In this document: piece after piece, positions 1-10,300 of the stretch | How the letters are laid out: the number at the start of each line of letters is the position of its first letter | Numbering within the stretch: position 1 is the first letter of the stretch | NCBI GenBank assembly: GCA_038207085.1 | Contig: JBBRAE010000004.1 | Coordinates: 32,001-96,000 of the forward strand | DNA: 64,000 nucleotides | Direction: 5' to 3' | Origin: Armatimonadota bacterium | GTDB lineage: Bacteria > Armatimonadota > UBA5829 > DTLH01 | Notes under the pieces: model-generated | The model's database searches: none | What the model was told of the DNA's origin: nothing | The model's input: only the letters and a program-made list of their open reading frames with translations | Translations under genes and position numbers: made by a program

Positions 1-29
1 CAGCTAAACGCTAATAGCCAACAGCTTCC

Positions 30-2264
30 CTACCCGCAGCGACTAAACCCGCACAGTCGGCACACCATACACCCACTTTCGTGCTCGATCACGCCGCCGC
101 AGTCGGGGCAGGCGCCCATTAGGTTGTCGAGCTTGTCGATGGATTTGTGGAGTGTCTCACCGGTCATGCCGTTTTCGTCTTTGGAAGTGAGATAACGCTC
201 CATAGCGATTCCGATCGCGTCGGCACAGGAGAGGATCGCCCCTCCCGCTCCCCAGCTCGGGCTCGGGCAGCGGATGCCCCGCAGGTGCTTCACAAGCGCG
301 CGCGGATTAACTCCGGTGCGAAGCGAGATCGACACGAGCCTGCCGATTGCTTCAAGCTGACTCGCCGCGCAGCCTCCGGCCTTGCCCATAGCGGTGAAGA
401 CCTCGCAGAGCCCCTCTTCGTCCTCGTTGATCGTGACGTAGAGGTTGCCGCAGCCGGTCGATATGCGCTCGGTCGCGCCCCATGTGCGGCTCGGCCTCTG
501 TCTCGGACCCCGAACAACCGAATCCTTATGAGCGGCTTCGGTCGCCTTCTTGTCGCCTGAGAACGAAAGCACCTGCTCGTCGCGGCTGCCGTAGCGGTAG
601 ATCGTCACGCCCTTGCAGCCCTCTTTGTAGGCAAGCGTGTAGACCTCGCGCACGTCGTCGTTGGTCGCGGTTTCAGGGAAGTTGACAGTCTTGGAAACCG
701 CGTTGTCGGTGAATCGCTGGAACGCCGCCTGCATCCTGATGTGCCACACCGGAGGAATATCAAGCGCCGTGCCAAACACACGCTGAACGTCCATCGGCAC
801 GCTGTCCAGACCCCGGACGCTTCCGCGTGCGGCGATCTCACGCATCAGTTCTTCGCTGTAGAACTCCCGCTCGCGGGCGATCTTCTCGAAGTAGGGGTTG
901 GCCTCCACAAGCTCGGCCCCGTCCATGACGCGCCGGACGTAGCTGATCGCAAACAGCGGCTCAACGCCGCTTGAGCACGCCGCAATGATCGAAAGCGTCC
1001 CCGTAGGAGCAATGGTCGTAACCGTCGCGTTGCGGACTTTCATGCCCTCGTGGGTGTCGTAGACGCTTCCTTCGAAGTTCGGGAAGACCCCGCGCTCCTC
1101 GGCAAGCTCCGCGCTCATCTTGCGGCCCTCTTCGGAGATGAAGCTCATCACCTCTTCGGCCTTCTGTACGCCTTCTTCGCTGTCGTAGGGAATGCCGAGC
1201 TGAATCAGCATATCGGCAAACCCCATCACGCCAAGCCCGATTTTGCGGTTGCCGCGGGTCATCTGGCTGATCTCGTCGATCGGGTAGCGGTTGACGTCGA
1301 TCACGTTGTCGAGGAACCGCACAGCCCTCCGCACGGTATCGCGGATCAGGTCATAGTTGACGACGAAACGCCCTTCCTCTACCACAATCATCCGTGCGAG
1401 GTTGATAGACCCCAGGTTGCACGACTCGTAAGGCAGAAGCGGCTGCTCCCCGCAGGGGTTGGTCGACTCGATCTCGCCCAGGTGCGGAGTCGGGTTGTCG
1501 CGGTTGATCCGGTCGATGAATATGATCCCCGGCTCACCGTTCGACCACGCCATGTTGACGATCAGGTCAAACACCTTGCGCGCGGAAAGCCCCTTCACCG
1601 TCTCTTTTGTGCGCGGGTTATAAAGATCGTAGTCTTTATCTGCCTCGACCGCTTCCATGAACTTCTCAGTGATTAGCACGGAGATATTGAAGTTGGTCAG
1701 CCGGCTAAGGTCCTTCTTACATGTAATAAAGTCCAAAATATCCGGGTGATCTACCCTTAGGCAGCCCATATTCGCCCCGCGCCTGGTTCCGCCCTGTTTG
1801 ATGGCCTCGGTCGCGGAGTTGAAGACGTCCATAAACGTGATGGGACCGCTTGAGACACCGTTGGTCGACTGCACCACGTCATTTGCCGGGCGAAGCCTGG
1901 AAAAGGCGAACCCGGTTCCGCCGCCGCTTTTGTGAATCAGCGCAGTGTGCTTGATCGTCTCGAATATGCTGTCCATCGAGTCGTCGATCGGCAGCACGAA
2001 GCACGCCGAGAGCTGCCCAAGCTCTCGCCCGGCGTTCATCAGCGTCGGGCTGTTGGGCAGGAACTCGAGTTTGGAGATCATATCGTAGAACTCGCCAGCG
2101 ACAGCCTTTGTGTCGGACTTGGTCCGTCCGTAGGCGCGTTCGGCCTCAGCGATCGATGTCGCGACCCTCTTGAACATATCCTCCGGGCCCTCGACAGTCT
2201 TTCCTTCTTCGTTCTTGCGAAGATACCGTTTTTCCAGCACGGTCAGAGCATTTTGCGTAAGCAT
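30..2264 (-). CDS. nrdJ: Adenosylcobalamin-dependent (class II) ribonucleotide reductase with C-terminal TSCPD/Zn-ribbon region
   Basis: PNSPTLMNAG, LSACFV, STNPCGEQPL (thiyl Cys) and TIAPTGT motifs; C-terminal CPDC...CRLCGFSRC. Confidence 0.95.
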   Translation of the reverse strand: MLTQNALTVLEKRYLRKNEEGKTVEGPEDMFKRVATSIAEAERAYGRTKSDTKAVAGEFYDMISKLEFLPNSPTLMNAGRELGQLSACFVLPIDDSMDSIFETIKHTALIHKSGGGTGFAFSRLRPANDVVQSTNGVSSGPITFMDVFNSATEAIKQGGTRRGANMGCLRVDHPDILDFITCKKDLSRLTNFNISVLITEKFMEAVEADKDYDLYNPRTKETVKGLSARKVFDLIVNMAWSNGEPGIIFIDRINRDNPTPHLGEIESTNPCGEQPLLPYESCNLGSINLARMIVVEEGRFVVNYDLIRDTVRRAVRFLDNVIDVNRYPIDEISQMTRGNRKIGLGVMGFADMLIQLGIPYDSEEGVQKAEEVMSFISEEGRKMSAELAEERGVFPNFEGSVYDTHEGMKVRNATVTTIAPTGTLSIIAACSSGVEPLFAISYVRRVMDGAELVEANPYFEKIAREREFYSEELMREIAARGSVRGLDSVPMDVQRVFGTALDIPPVWHIRMQAAFQRFTDNAVSKTVNFPETATNDDVREVYTLAYKEGCKGVTIYRYGSRDEQVLSFSGDKKATEAAHKDSVVRGPRQRPSRTWGATERISTGCGNLYVTINEDEEGLCEVFTAMGKAGGCAASQLEAIGRLVSISLRTGVNPRALVKHLRGIRCPSPSWGAGGAILSCADAIGIAMERYLTSKDENGMTGETLHKSIDKLDNLMGACPDCGGVIEHESGCMVCRLCGFSRCG

Positions 2265-2290
2265 TACAACTTTCCCTCCATGGCAAATAC

Positions 2291-2355
2291 TGGGGGATAG
2301 GGGTTAGGGGATAGAGGCTAGCAATACCAGCCCCTAACCCCCAACCTCCAACCCC
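2291..2355. repeat. Inverted pair of degenerate heptamer tandem repeats (GGGGATA/GGGGTTA vs CCCCTAA/CCTCCAA)
   Basis: Visible between nrdR and nrdJ. Similar 7-mer arrays occur at 1-27, 6990-7020/7248-7267, ~13302-13328 and ~48477-48600. Confidence 0.6.
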
Positions 2356-2841
2356 TCACTCGGGTTTTCTTATCGATGGGCGACGGCTTTTGCGTCCGCC
2401 CAGAATATCCACAATCTCTTTAAACTGCGTCACGTCCTCGAACTGTCGATAGACCGACGCAAACCGGACAAACGCTACCTGATCGAGCTTTTGCAGCGCA
2501 TTGATGACCATATCCCCGACCTCAGCCGAGCTGATCTCCCGCGGCCCCGAGTCATAGATCGACCGCTCGATATCATCGACGGCAGACTCAAGCACTTCGA
2601 TGCTCACGGGCCGCTTTTCGCAGGCTGTAATCATCCCCCGGAGCACTTTCTGCCTGTCAAACGGCTCGCGTCGCTGGTCTTTTTTTATGACCATGACCTG
2701 CATTTCCTCGATGTGCTCGTATGTCGTAAACCGACGATTGCACCGCAGGCATTCGCGTCGTCTCTTGACCGCTTCGCTGTCGCGCACGCTTCGTGAATCG
2801 AGCACTCTATCTTCAAGATGTCCGCAGTATGGGCACTTCAT
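2356..2841 (-). CDS. nrdR: Transcriptional repressor NrdR
   Basis: MKCPYC...RRRECLRC..RFTTYE Zn ribbon, ATP cone, VAFVRFASVY. Confidence 0.97.
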   Translation of the reverse strand: MKCPYCGHLEDRVLDSRSVRDSEAVKRRRECLRCNRRFTTYEHIEEMQVMVIKKDQRREPFDRQKVLRGMITACEKRPVSIEVLESAVDDIERSIYDSGPREISSAEVGDMVINALQKLDQVAFVRFASVYRQFEDVTQFKEIVDILGGRKSRRPSIRKPE

Positions 2842-2856
2842 GATACACCCGCTCTC

Positions 2857-2909
2857 CTACTACATATTGTGTGGCGGTTAAGGATATCACACCATATATA
2901 CCGTGTCAA
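2857..2909 (-). promoter_or_regulatory. Tandem NrdR boxes (2857-2872, 2889-2904) overlapping a sigma70 promoter
   Basis: CTACTACATATTGTGT and ACACCATATATACCGT match acaCwAtATaTwGtgt and start 32 bp apart; minus-strand TTGACA-17-TATCCT spans the second box. Confidence 0.85.
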
Positions 2910-3050
2910 GAGGACATATTAACAGATATGGGGAGAATTTCTCCGGTTGATTTTGCCTGTGGATATTGACAATCCCTGGGCGGTCAGATCGCTGGGGGAG
3001 CCAAGAAACACCCCCTTCACAAAACCGCGAAACGCTGCTAAAATGCGGGT

Positions 3051-3893
3051 GTGAGCGATCAATTATCGTCAACGGCAAAGTTGACAGCAAAAATCGATAG
3101 CCAAAAGCACCCGATCATTGAGCTGCTTCGTGACCTGCAGACAGAAAAAGGCAGGGAGGAGTTCGGCCAGTTCTACGTTGAGGGGCCGATGATCGTTCTG
3201 CGCGCGCTTGAATACGGCGTGCGGATCGACTCGATCATCTGCACCGACAAATACGCCGCGTCGCTTAACTCGGGACCTCTTCTTGACGTCGCAAGAGCTG
3301 CAGGCGTGCCCGCCTATGCCGTCACCGAAGGGCTGATGGGAAAGATCATCCCAGCCAAGCCCTCCCCAGGAGTCGTCGCGATAGTCGAGCGCAAACTCCA
3401 CTCACCCGCCGATATCCTCGCCGGAACCAGCCCACTTGTAGTCATGATCGACCGCTGTGAGAACCCCGACAACCTCGGGATGCTGCTGCGGTCGCTTGAC
3501 GCGGCTGGGGTCGACGGTGTGGTGTTGACCGACGACAGTGTGGACCCGTTCTCCAGGCTTTCAGTAAGAGCGTCGCGGGGTTCGGTCCTCAGCCTCAACA
3601 TGTCGGTGGTGGATCAGCCCGAGCACTGGCTTGAGGACGCGAAGCTACGGGGGTTCCAGATAATGGCGACTTCGGCTCATGGCAGCGTGGGGCTTTGGAC
3701 GGTGGACCTAAAGAGGTCGACGATCATCGTGGTTGGAAACGAGCACACCGGCGTTCGCGACAGTATCCGTCAGATGGCCGATATTCTAACGGTTATCCCG
3801 ATGTCCGGCAAGATGGAGTCGCTGAACATAGCCGTTTCCGGCGCGATACTTGCCTACGAAGCCGTTCGCCAGCGCAGCGTTTCCAGTGAATAA
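3051..3893 (+). CDS. TrmH/SpoU family RNA 2'-O-methyltransferase
   Basis: ENPDNLGMLLRS, VVGNEHTG and ESLNIAVS SPOUT motifs. Confidence 0.9.
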   Translation: MSDQLSSTAKLTAKIDSQKHPIIELLRDLQTEKGREEFGQFYVEGPMIVLRALEYGVRIDSIICTDKYAASLNSGPLLDVARAAGVPAYAVTEGLMGKIIPAKPSPGVVAIVERKLHSPADILAGTSPLVVMIDRCENPDNLGMLLRSLDAAGVDGVVLTDDSVDPFSRLSVRASRGSVLSLNMSVVDQPEHWLEDAKLRGFQIMATSAHGSVGLWTVDLKRSTIIVVGNEHTGVRDSIRQMADILTVIPMSGKMESLNIAVSGAILAYEAVRQRSVSSE

Positions 3894-3941
3894 CGCGGGT
3901 TAGCTTCGGCTGCGCCAAGGCGTTTGACGCAGCCGGGAATG

Positions 3942-4424
3942 TCAATCTGCCACTGGTTCGCCGGTGATGCGTTCGCGCGCCATCAGGACGGCCTGTTCCC
4001 GCAGGTAGTCGAGGTGGTCCTCTTCTTCTTCGAGGTTGGTCTCAAACAGACCGCAGACGTCCTCCTGCCCGATCTCCTCGCAGAGTTCGTAGAACATCTC
4101 TTCGGCATCGGCTGACTTGTATTTTGCGAGGATAGTGGCGCGCAGCATATCTATCGGGTCGTCGCTTGTCGTCTCGACGATCTTCATGCACACCTCTTTG
4201 CCGCGCTTTATGCGCTGTTCGGCGTCCGCGGGTCTCCCGATGATCTCCAGCGCGCGCTCCATGTTGCGGACGTGCTGCTGGTCTTCGTCGTGGATATCCT
4301 GAAGCTGTCGCTTCATCCCCGGTTCGAGCTGCCCATCATTTATAAGTTTGTGCTCGGCCTCTATAACCCCATACTCGTTCCCAAGTGTCTCGGCCAGCGT
4401 GGCCGACAGGTAGTTACTATCCAT
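3942..4424 (-). CDS. Ferritin-like (DUF892/YciF-like) protein
   Basis: Two ExxH motifs (EDQQH, EEEDH) in a four-helix pattern; ATG at 4424 with GGAGG RBS. Confidence 0.7.
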   Translation of the reverse strand: MDSNYLSATLAETLGNEYGVIEAEHKLINDGQLEPGMKRQLQDIHDEDQQHVRNMERALEIIGRPADAEQRIKRGKEVCMKIVETTSDDPIDMLRATILAKYKSADAEEMFYELCEEIGQEDVCGLFETNLEEEEDHLDYLREQAVLMARERITGEPVAD

Positions 4425-4627
4425 CTCGGTGTTGTCCTCCGTCGGTTTTGCAGCACAGTGTCGATACCCCGAGCAGGGATGAGCCAAACGAGCCTATTGA
4501 CATGCGCGGAAAACGTGTGATCGTGAAGGTGATCGGAGAATAAGCTGTGGGTATCGTTGTACCTCATCATTATCATGGTATAATCAAATATCGGTGTTAT
4601 TGCCGGCAGCTCTTCTGGAGTAGATTT

Positions 4628-6985
4628 ATGAGAATGTTGCTGGCGCTCGCGGCTGTGATAGCTGTTGTGGGCGCGTGTCTTGCCGATCCCCTGATCCGGC
4701 TTCAGAATACGACGTTCGATCCACTTGCCAAAGGCGCAGCGACGCAGAGTGCTGCGGCTCCGTCCGAGCGCGCCTCCGACGGCAAGGGCTACTATATCCT
4801 GCAATTTATGGGGCCGATTATCGACGCCTGGAAGTCCGACGCAGAGGCAGCAGGCGCAGAGCTCCTCGAATACATCCCCGACTTCGCCTTTATCATCCGG
4901 GCCGACAAGTCTGCCGAACCCAAACTGCGCACGCTTTCAAGCGTCCGCTGGCTCGGTGACTACGCGCCCGCTTATCGCATTTCAAAGAAGCTCAAGACCG
5001 ACTCCGAGGACGATGTGGTCATCCGCCTGTTTCCCGGCGTTGACCCCAAAGCCGTGCGCGACAGGGTCGCCAAGGCAGGCGGTGTGATCGAAGACGGGGG
5101 TACCCGCAAAGTCCGCGCAAAGCTGCACGGCAAGCGCCTTTTGGAGATCTCCCGCACCCCCGGAGTCGTCTGGATCGAACCTCGACCAAACTACGTGCTC
5201 TCAAACAGTATGGCGCGGGGCATAATCGGCGCGAACACCGTCTCCCAGTCGCTCGGGATCTACGGTGCGGGTCAAATCGTCGCCATAGCCGACACCGGCC
5301 TTGACACCGGAAGCACCGCCACCCTTTCTGCCGATTTCGCGGGCAGGCTCATCAAGGCCTACGCCCTTGGACGAACCAGCCCCGCCGACTGGAGCGATAC
5401 CAATGGCCACGGCACCCACGTCGCAGGCTCCATCCTCGGGAACGGCTCGCTCTCAGGAAGTGTCCCACTTTCCCAGAACTATGCAAGCTCCTTTGCCGGA
5501 GTAGCTCCTGAGGCCTCTCTTGTGTTTCAGTCGCTCTTGGACAGCAGTGATGGGCTTGGCGGCCTGCCGTCGAACCTGAACGATCTATTCTTGTCGCCCT
5601 ACAACGACGGCGCGCGGGTGCACAGCAACAGCTGGGGGGATAACGAAACCTCCTTAGCTGGCAACTACACCATCGACTCCCGTGAGGTCGATCAGTTTGT
5701 CTTTGCGAACAAAGACATGGTCATCTGCTTCGCCGCCGGGAATACCGGCACCGATCAAAACCCGGCCGACGGCTTTGTCGACCAGGGGAGCATAGAACCA
5801 CCGGGGACCGCGAAGAACTGCATTGCAGTCGGCGCAAGCGAAGGAAACACCACAAACGGCTATCAGGGCACCTGGGGAGCCCAGAACTGGGGGCTCACAA
5901 CAAGCCCGATATCCTCTGACAAAATGTCCAACAACCCGCTTGGGATGGCAGGTTTTAGCTCGCGGGGGCCGACCGACGACGGACGCATCAAGCCCGATAT
6001 CGTCGCTCCCGGCACAAACATCGTCTCCTGCTTCTCGCACGCACCCGGTGCAGGGACTTTTTGGGGTACCTACACAGGTAATTCTAACTACGTATACTCA
6101 GGCGGCACGAGCATGTCTACCCCGATTGTTGCCGGCGCATGCGCCCTTTTGCGCGAGTATTACTTCAACAAAGGAATTACCACTCCGTCCGCCGCTCTGA
6201 TCAAGGCGAGCCTCCTAAACGGCGCTTTTGATATGACCCCGGGCCAGTATCCATTCCCACCCGGCCCCAAGGAGATCACCCGCAGGGCGGACTTTGCGCA
6301 GGGGTGGGGTAGGCTCGACCTGAAGAACACCATCCTGCCTGCCGTTGGACGCTACGTCTACCCGAACGACGTGACGACTGGGCTTTCGACCAACGGGTCG
6401 AGGACTTTTTCCTACTATGTGGCGTCGAGCAGCGAGCCGCTTCGTGTTACGCTTGTGTGGAGCGACTACCAGGGCTCTACAGTCGGCCAAAAGAGGCTTG
6501 TGAACGATCTTGACCTCAAATTGACCACTCCCGGCGGCGTTGTTTACTGGGGAAACGACTTCACATCGGCTGGAACGGGTGACCGAAAGAACAACGTCGA
6601 GGGTATAGACATACTTTCTCCTACTACCGGGCTTTACACTCTGAGCGTGCAGGCGTATAATGTCCCAGAGGGTCCACAGCCGTTCGCGCTTGTTGTGTCG
6701 GGCGCGGTGACTGAATCACAGGCTGTCGCCGTCGGCGCACTATCGGCGGCCAAGGCTCTGCCGGACGGCTCGCTGATCAAACTTTCAGGCAAGACCGTGG
6801 TTGCCGGCACCGATTCGTTTGTAGACAGATTTTATATTGAGGAGTCAGACCGTTCTTCGGGAATCCGCGTGCAATACGGCGCTGGAGGCGGCCCGCTCGT
6901 GCGAGAGGGCGACGTTGTTACGGTTACAGGCACGCTCGCAACTGTGAGCGGGGAAAGGGTTGTCAAAGACCCCATTGTCAATTGA
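4628..6985 (+). CDS. Secreted S8 subtilase (KP-43-like) with propeptide and C-terminal beta domains
   Basis: Signal peptide; triad motifs DTG, HGTHVAG, GTSMS; FSSRGPTDDGRIKPD. Confidence 0.92.
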   Translation: MRMLLALAAVIAVVGACLADPLIRLQNTTFDPLAKGAATQSAAAPSERASDGKGYYILQFMGPIIDAWKSDAEAAGAELLEYIPDFAFIIRADKSAEPKLRTLSSVRWLGDYAPAYRISKKLKTDSEDDVVIRLFPGVDPKAVRDRVAKAGGVIEDGGTRKVRAKLHGKRLLEISRTPGVVWIEPRPNYVLSNSMARGIIGANTVSQSLGIYGAGQIVAIADTGLDTGSTATLSADFAGRLIKAYALGRTSPADWSDTNGHGTHVAGSILGNGSLSGSVPLSQNYASSFAGVAPEASLVFQSLLDSSDGLGGLPSNLNDLFLSPYNDGARVHSNSWGDNETSLAGNYTIDSREVDQFVFANKDMVICFAAGNTGTDQNPADGFVDQGSIEPPGTAKNCIAVGASEGNTTNGYQGTWGAQNWGLTTSPISSDKMSNNPLGMAGFSSRGPTDDGRIKPDIVAPGTNIVSCFSHAPGAGTFWGTYTGNSNYVYSGGTSMSTPIVAGACALLREYYFNKGITTPSAALIKASLLNGAFDMTPGQYPFPPGPKEITRRADFAQGWGRLDLKNTILPAVGRYVYPNDVTTGLSTNGSRTFSYYVASSSEPLRVTLVWSDYQGSTVGQKRLVNDLDLKLTTPGGVVYWGNDFTSAGTGDRKNNVEGIDILSPTTGLYTLSVQAYNVPEGPQPFALVVSGAVTESQAVAVGALSAAKALPDGSLIKLSGKTVVAGTDSFVDRFYIEESDRSSGIRVQYGAGGGPLVREGDVVTVTGTLATVSGERVVKDPIVN

Positions 6986-7059
6986 GACAATGCAAATTGC
7001 AAATTGAAAAATGCAAATTGACGGGATAGGTGGAGGGCGATAGGCAGTACTCCAGTTCT

Positions 7060-7217
7060 TCCGGATCTGTACCAACTGTTCGTCCGGATCTGTGATCCGG
7101 GACGTCTGGGCCGGATAGGCATCTGTGATGCTGGTAGATTGGGCACAGTCGAAAGAACGGGATCACAGATCCCTTGTTTGCCCTTGGGCCCCGGATTGCA
7201 AATCTGGGCCAACGTAC
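7060..7217. repeat. Repeat family E (CCGGAT-hairpin element), also at 13250-13300
   Basis: 30-bp TCCGGATCTGTACCAACTGTTCGTCCGGAT is identical at 7060 and 13250; the GGGCCAACGTAC tail is shared. Confidence 0.8.
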
Positions 7218-7321
7218 GCCCACCAATCTCCCAAATCTCGCCAGTCCCAATTTTGCACTTTGCATTTCCCTCCCGTGTGTGTCATAATAGTTAAAATTGT
7301 ACATTACTATGAAAACTGAAG

Positions 7322-10300
7322 GTGAAGCTATTGGTTGCTAATCGCAGCCGGTATGAGGTTACGGAAGACTGGAGCGCCAGCTGGATCTGGTGCGAGGGCG
7401 AAAGCCATCCCAGAAACTTCCATATTTACGCGCGAAAGGCCTTTAAGCTGGCGAGCAAGCCGGTGTCGGCCCGTATCAGGATCACCGCGGACAGCCGTTA
7501 CAGGTTGTATGTCAACGGGAACTACGTTGGCTGGGGGGCAGCAAACTCCATCACCCGCAGACTGACCTATGATACCTACGATATCACCCCGTTTCTAAAC
7601 AGGGGTAATAACGCCATCGCCGTTATCGCGTATCACCTCGGACACCCGGCATCTAATTACATACCTCGCCGAGCAGCGCTTATCTGCGAAGCTGACATTG
7701 AGCTAAAGAGCGGCGCCGAGAAGATCGTCACCGACGAATCTTGGCGCGTCATACCGGCAGCCGCGTGGACCGATCACGGCAGCCGCGTGGCCCGAAACCT
7801 CGGCTATCAGCAGGTTTACGACGCCGCACTCGACGCCGACGGTTGGAACGAGGCCAAGTTCAACGACTCCAAGTGGCTGGCGCCGCATGTGCTCGGCCAG
7901 CCTCCTATGTCACCGTTCGGCAGGCTTATGCCGCGCGATATCCCACGTGTAGTCGAGCAGAACATACTGCCCGTTGAGATCGTCGGGATGTACGACGCCC
8001 CTCCGATGCCTGCTGAGCTGCTTCCCCCGGACGTGCCGAGGTTTATCTCGCAGTCCGAGCTAAAGCCCATTGAAGCGGGACGGGTAGACAAAAGCGAGCG
8101 CATTCTTGCTGAAGGCGACGACGCGACGATGGTTCGCGTGCCCACTGAGGGTGGCGTCTCGATTATCCTCGACTTTGGCCGACAGGTCTACGGTTCGCTT
8201 GAGATCGCGCTCTCAAAATGCACCAGCGGCATCCTCGACATCGCCTATGATGAGACGATCGACCCCAAAAACGGCATTCGCCCCGACCGAGGCGGCATCC
8301 GCTACACCGACCGCATCATCATCAAGAAGGGCAAACAGGTCTGGAGCAGTTTTGAGCCCAGAGCCTTCCGATACGTGCAGCTCGATTTTAGGGAGTGCGC
8401 GAAGCCTTTTGCTCTGAACCACGTTTTTGTGAGGGATTCGGCGTTCCCGATCGCCCTTATCGGCGCTTTTGAGTCAAGCGATCAGACTCTGAACTATGTA
8501 TGGCAGAACGGGGTCGACTCGGTGCGTCGGGTGCTTATGGAGAGCTATCTCGACTCGCCCTGGCGCGACCGCACGCCGAGCTTTGCAGACGCAGTCGCCG
8601 CGATCAGGCCCGCGTACTCCGCATTTGGCGAGGCCCCTCTTGTAGAGGAACGCCTGCGCCACATAGCCGCCTCCCAGCGCAGAGACGGAGCGCTCCTTGC
8701 GCTTCACCCCAGCGCCGAAAACCGCGTTTTTGTCGATCTTGCGATGCTTTTTGTAATCGCAGTGTGGGACAATTACGTCTGTGGCGGCGACAAGGAGCTC
8801 TTGGCCGACCTGTACCCGACGATTGACCGCTGGCACGGCTGGATCAGCCGGTTCGTCGACGACGACGGCTTGCTTTTTGACGTGCGCGCCGACCTGCTCC
8901 TTGACTGGGGAGGCGTGAACCGCCACGCGGAGATGGCCGGTCTTAGCTGCATGTATCTTGGAGCCCTCGTTGCTATGAAGCAGATGGCAGAGGTGCTTCG
9001 TCGCGACGCCGACGCCGTCGAGTATGACCGCATCGCCGTCTCGCTTCGTGCGGCTATCGACAAGAACTTCTGGAGCGAAAAGCGCGGGCTCTACTCCGAC
9101 ACCCGGATGTATGGCAAGCTCGACGAGCATTTCTCGCGCCAGACCAACATCCTTGCGGCGCGTTTTGACGTGCCGAACCACTATCAGAAGTCGTCAATCC
9201 TCAGGCAGGTGCTCGATGAGCGCGGCCTGCCACAGGTGAACTCACCGATCTTTACCGCGATGCTTGTCGAGACGATGTGCCGCGCGGGTTACGTCGAAGA
9301 GGTCCTCGGATTTATCCGTCAGACCTGGGGGCGTAACGCCGGCGTCTCATCGTCTATTCTTCCGCCGGTCCATCAGCTGCAGGCGTACCTGCTTGGGGCC
9401 GTTCCGACGGGGAACCCGGCAAGGCTTCGCTTTGAGCCCCATATCGCAGACCTCAGGTGGGCCGAAGGGGTCATTCCGACTCCCTCAGGCCCGGTGCGCG
9501 TCCGCTGGAAAGCGGGTATCCGCGGGTTCGCAATGGACGTCGAACTCCCGAACGGTGTGACCGCTGAGATCGTCCCTCCGAGGCATGAGCTTGGGTCGCG
9601 GATAACGGTGGACGGCGCGCAGACCGGCGGCTCGGTGATCGAGCTTGGTCCGGGATTCCACAGCGTGTTGATCTCCAGATCGAGGACGCCAGGCCGCATC
9701 CCCCAGGTGCCTATTGAGGTCGAGATCGTTGAGCTGGTCGAGACGATCCATATCCCGCCAAACCGCGGCGACATCGAGACTGTCGAGCAGATGATCCAGA
9801 TCCTTACCCAGATGGAAAAGGAACATGTCTACGTCATCCCCTCAGATGACGAGGACGAGGGCGTGATAATCCCCGAGGCTCGCCTTGATGAGCCGGAGAG
9901 GAAGTCGCGCAGACGCGGCAGACGCGGTCGTGACAGGCGCGAAGAGCCAGTTCGTGAAACTGAGACCGCCGAAGTCGCTCCGGCGATTGAGACTGAGTTT
10001 ACAGAAGAAATAGAGCCATCTCTGGAGACTGCCACAACCTCCGAAGAGCAGGGCCGCGAGAATCGTCCCAGGCGAAGACGCCGCAGAGGAAGAGGTCGTA
10101 GCGGTTCTCAGCCCTTCGACGGCTCTCAGGATGGCGAGGTCACCGAATCGACCGAAACCACAGAGGCTGTCGAACCTGTCGAGCAGGCCGCAGAGGCCAC
10201 GCAGGAGACTTCCGAACCGGTGGAAGAGTCTTCAGACGAGCGCTCAGACAGCAGGCGTCCAAGACGCCGTCGCCGCAGAAGCCGCAGTGGTCAGGATCAG

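Noticed and set aside
30..2264. Intein or intron in NrdJ (or RecA)
   Set aside because: Normal lengths, continuous motifs, no splicing signatures
2265..3050. Cobalamin riboswitch for nrdJ
   Set aside because: No B12-box motifs seen; the region is explained by heptamer repeats, nrdR and NrdR boxes
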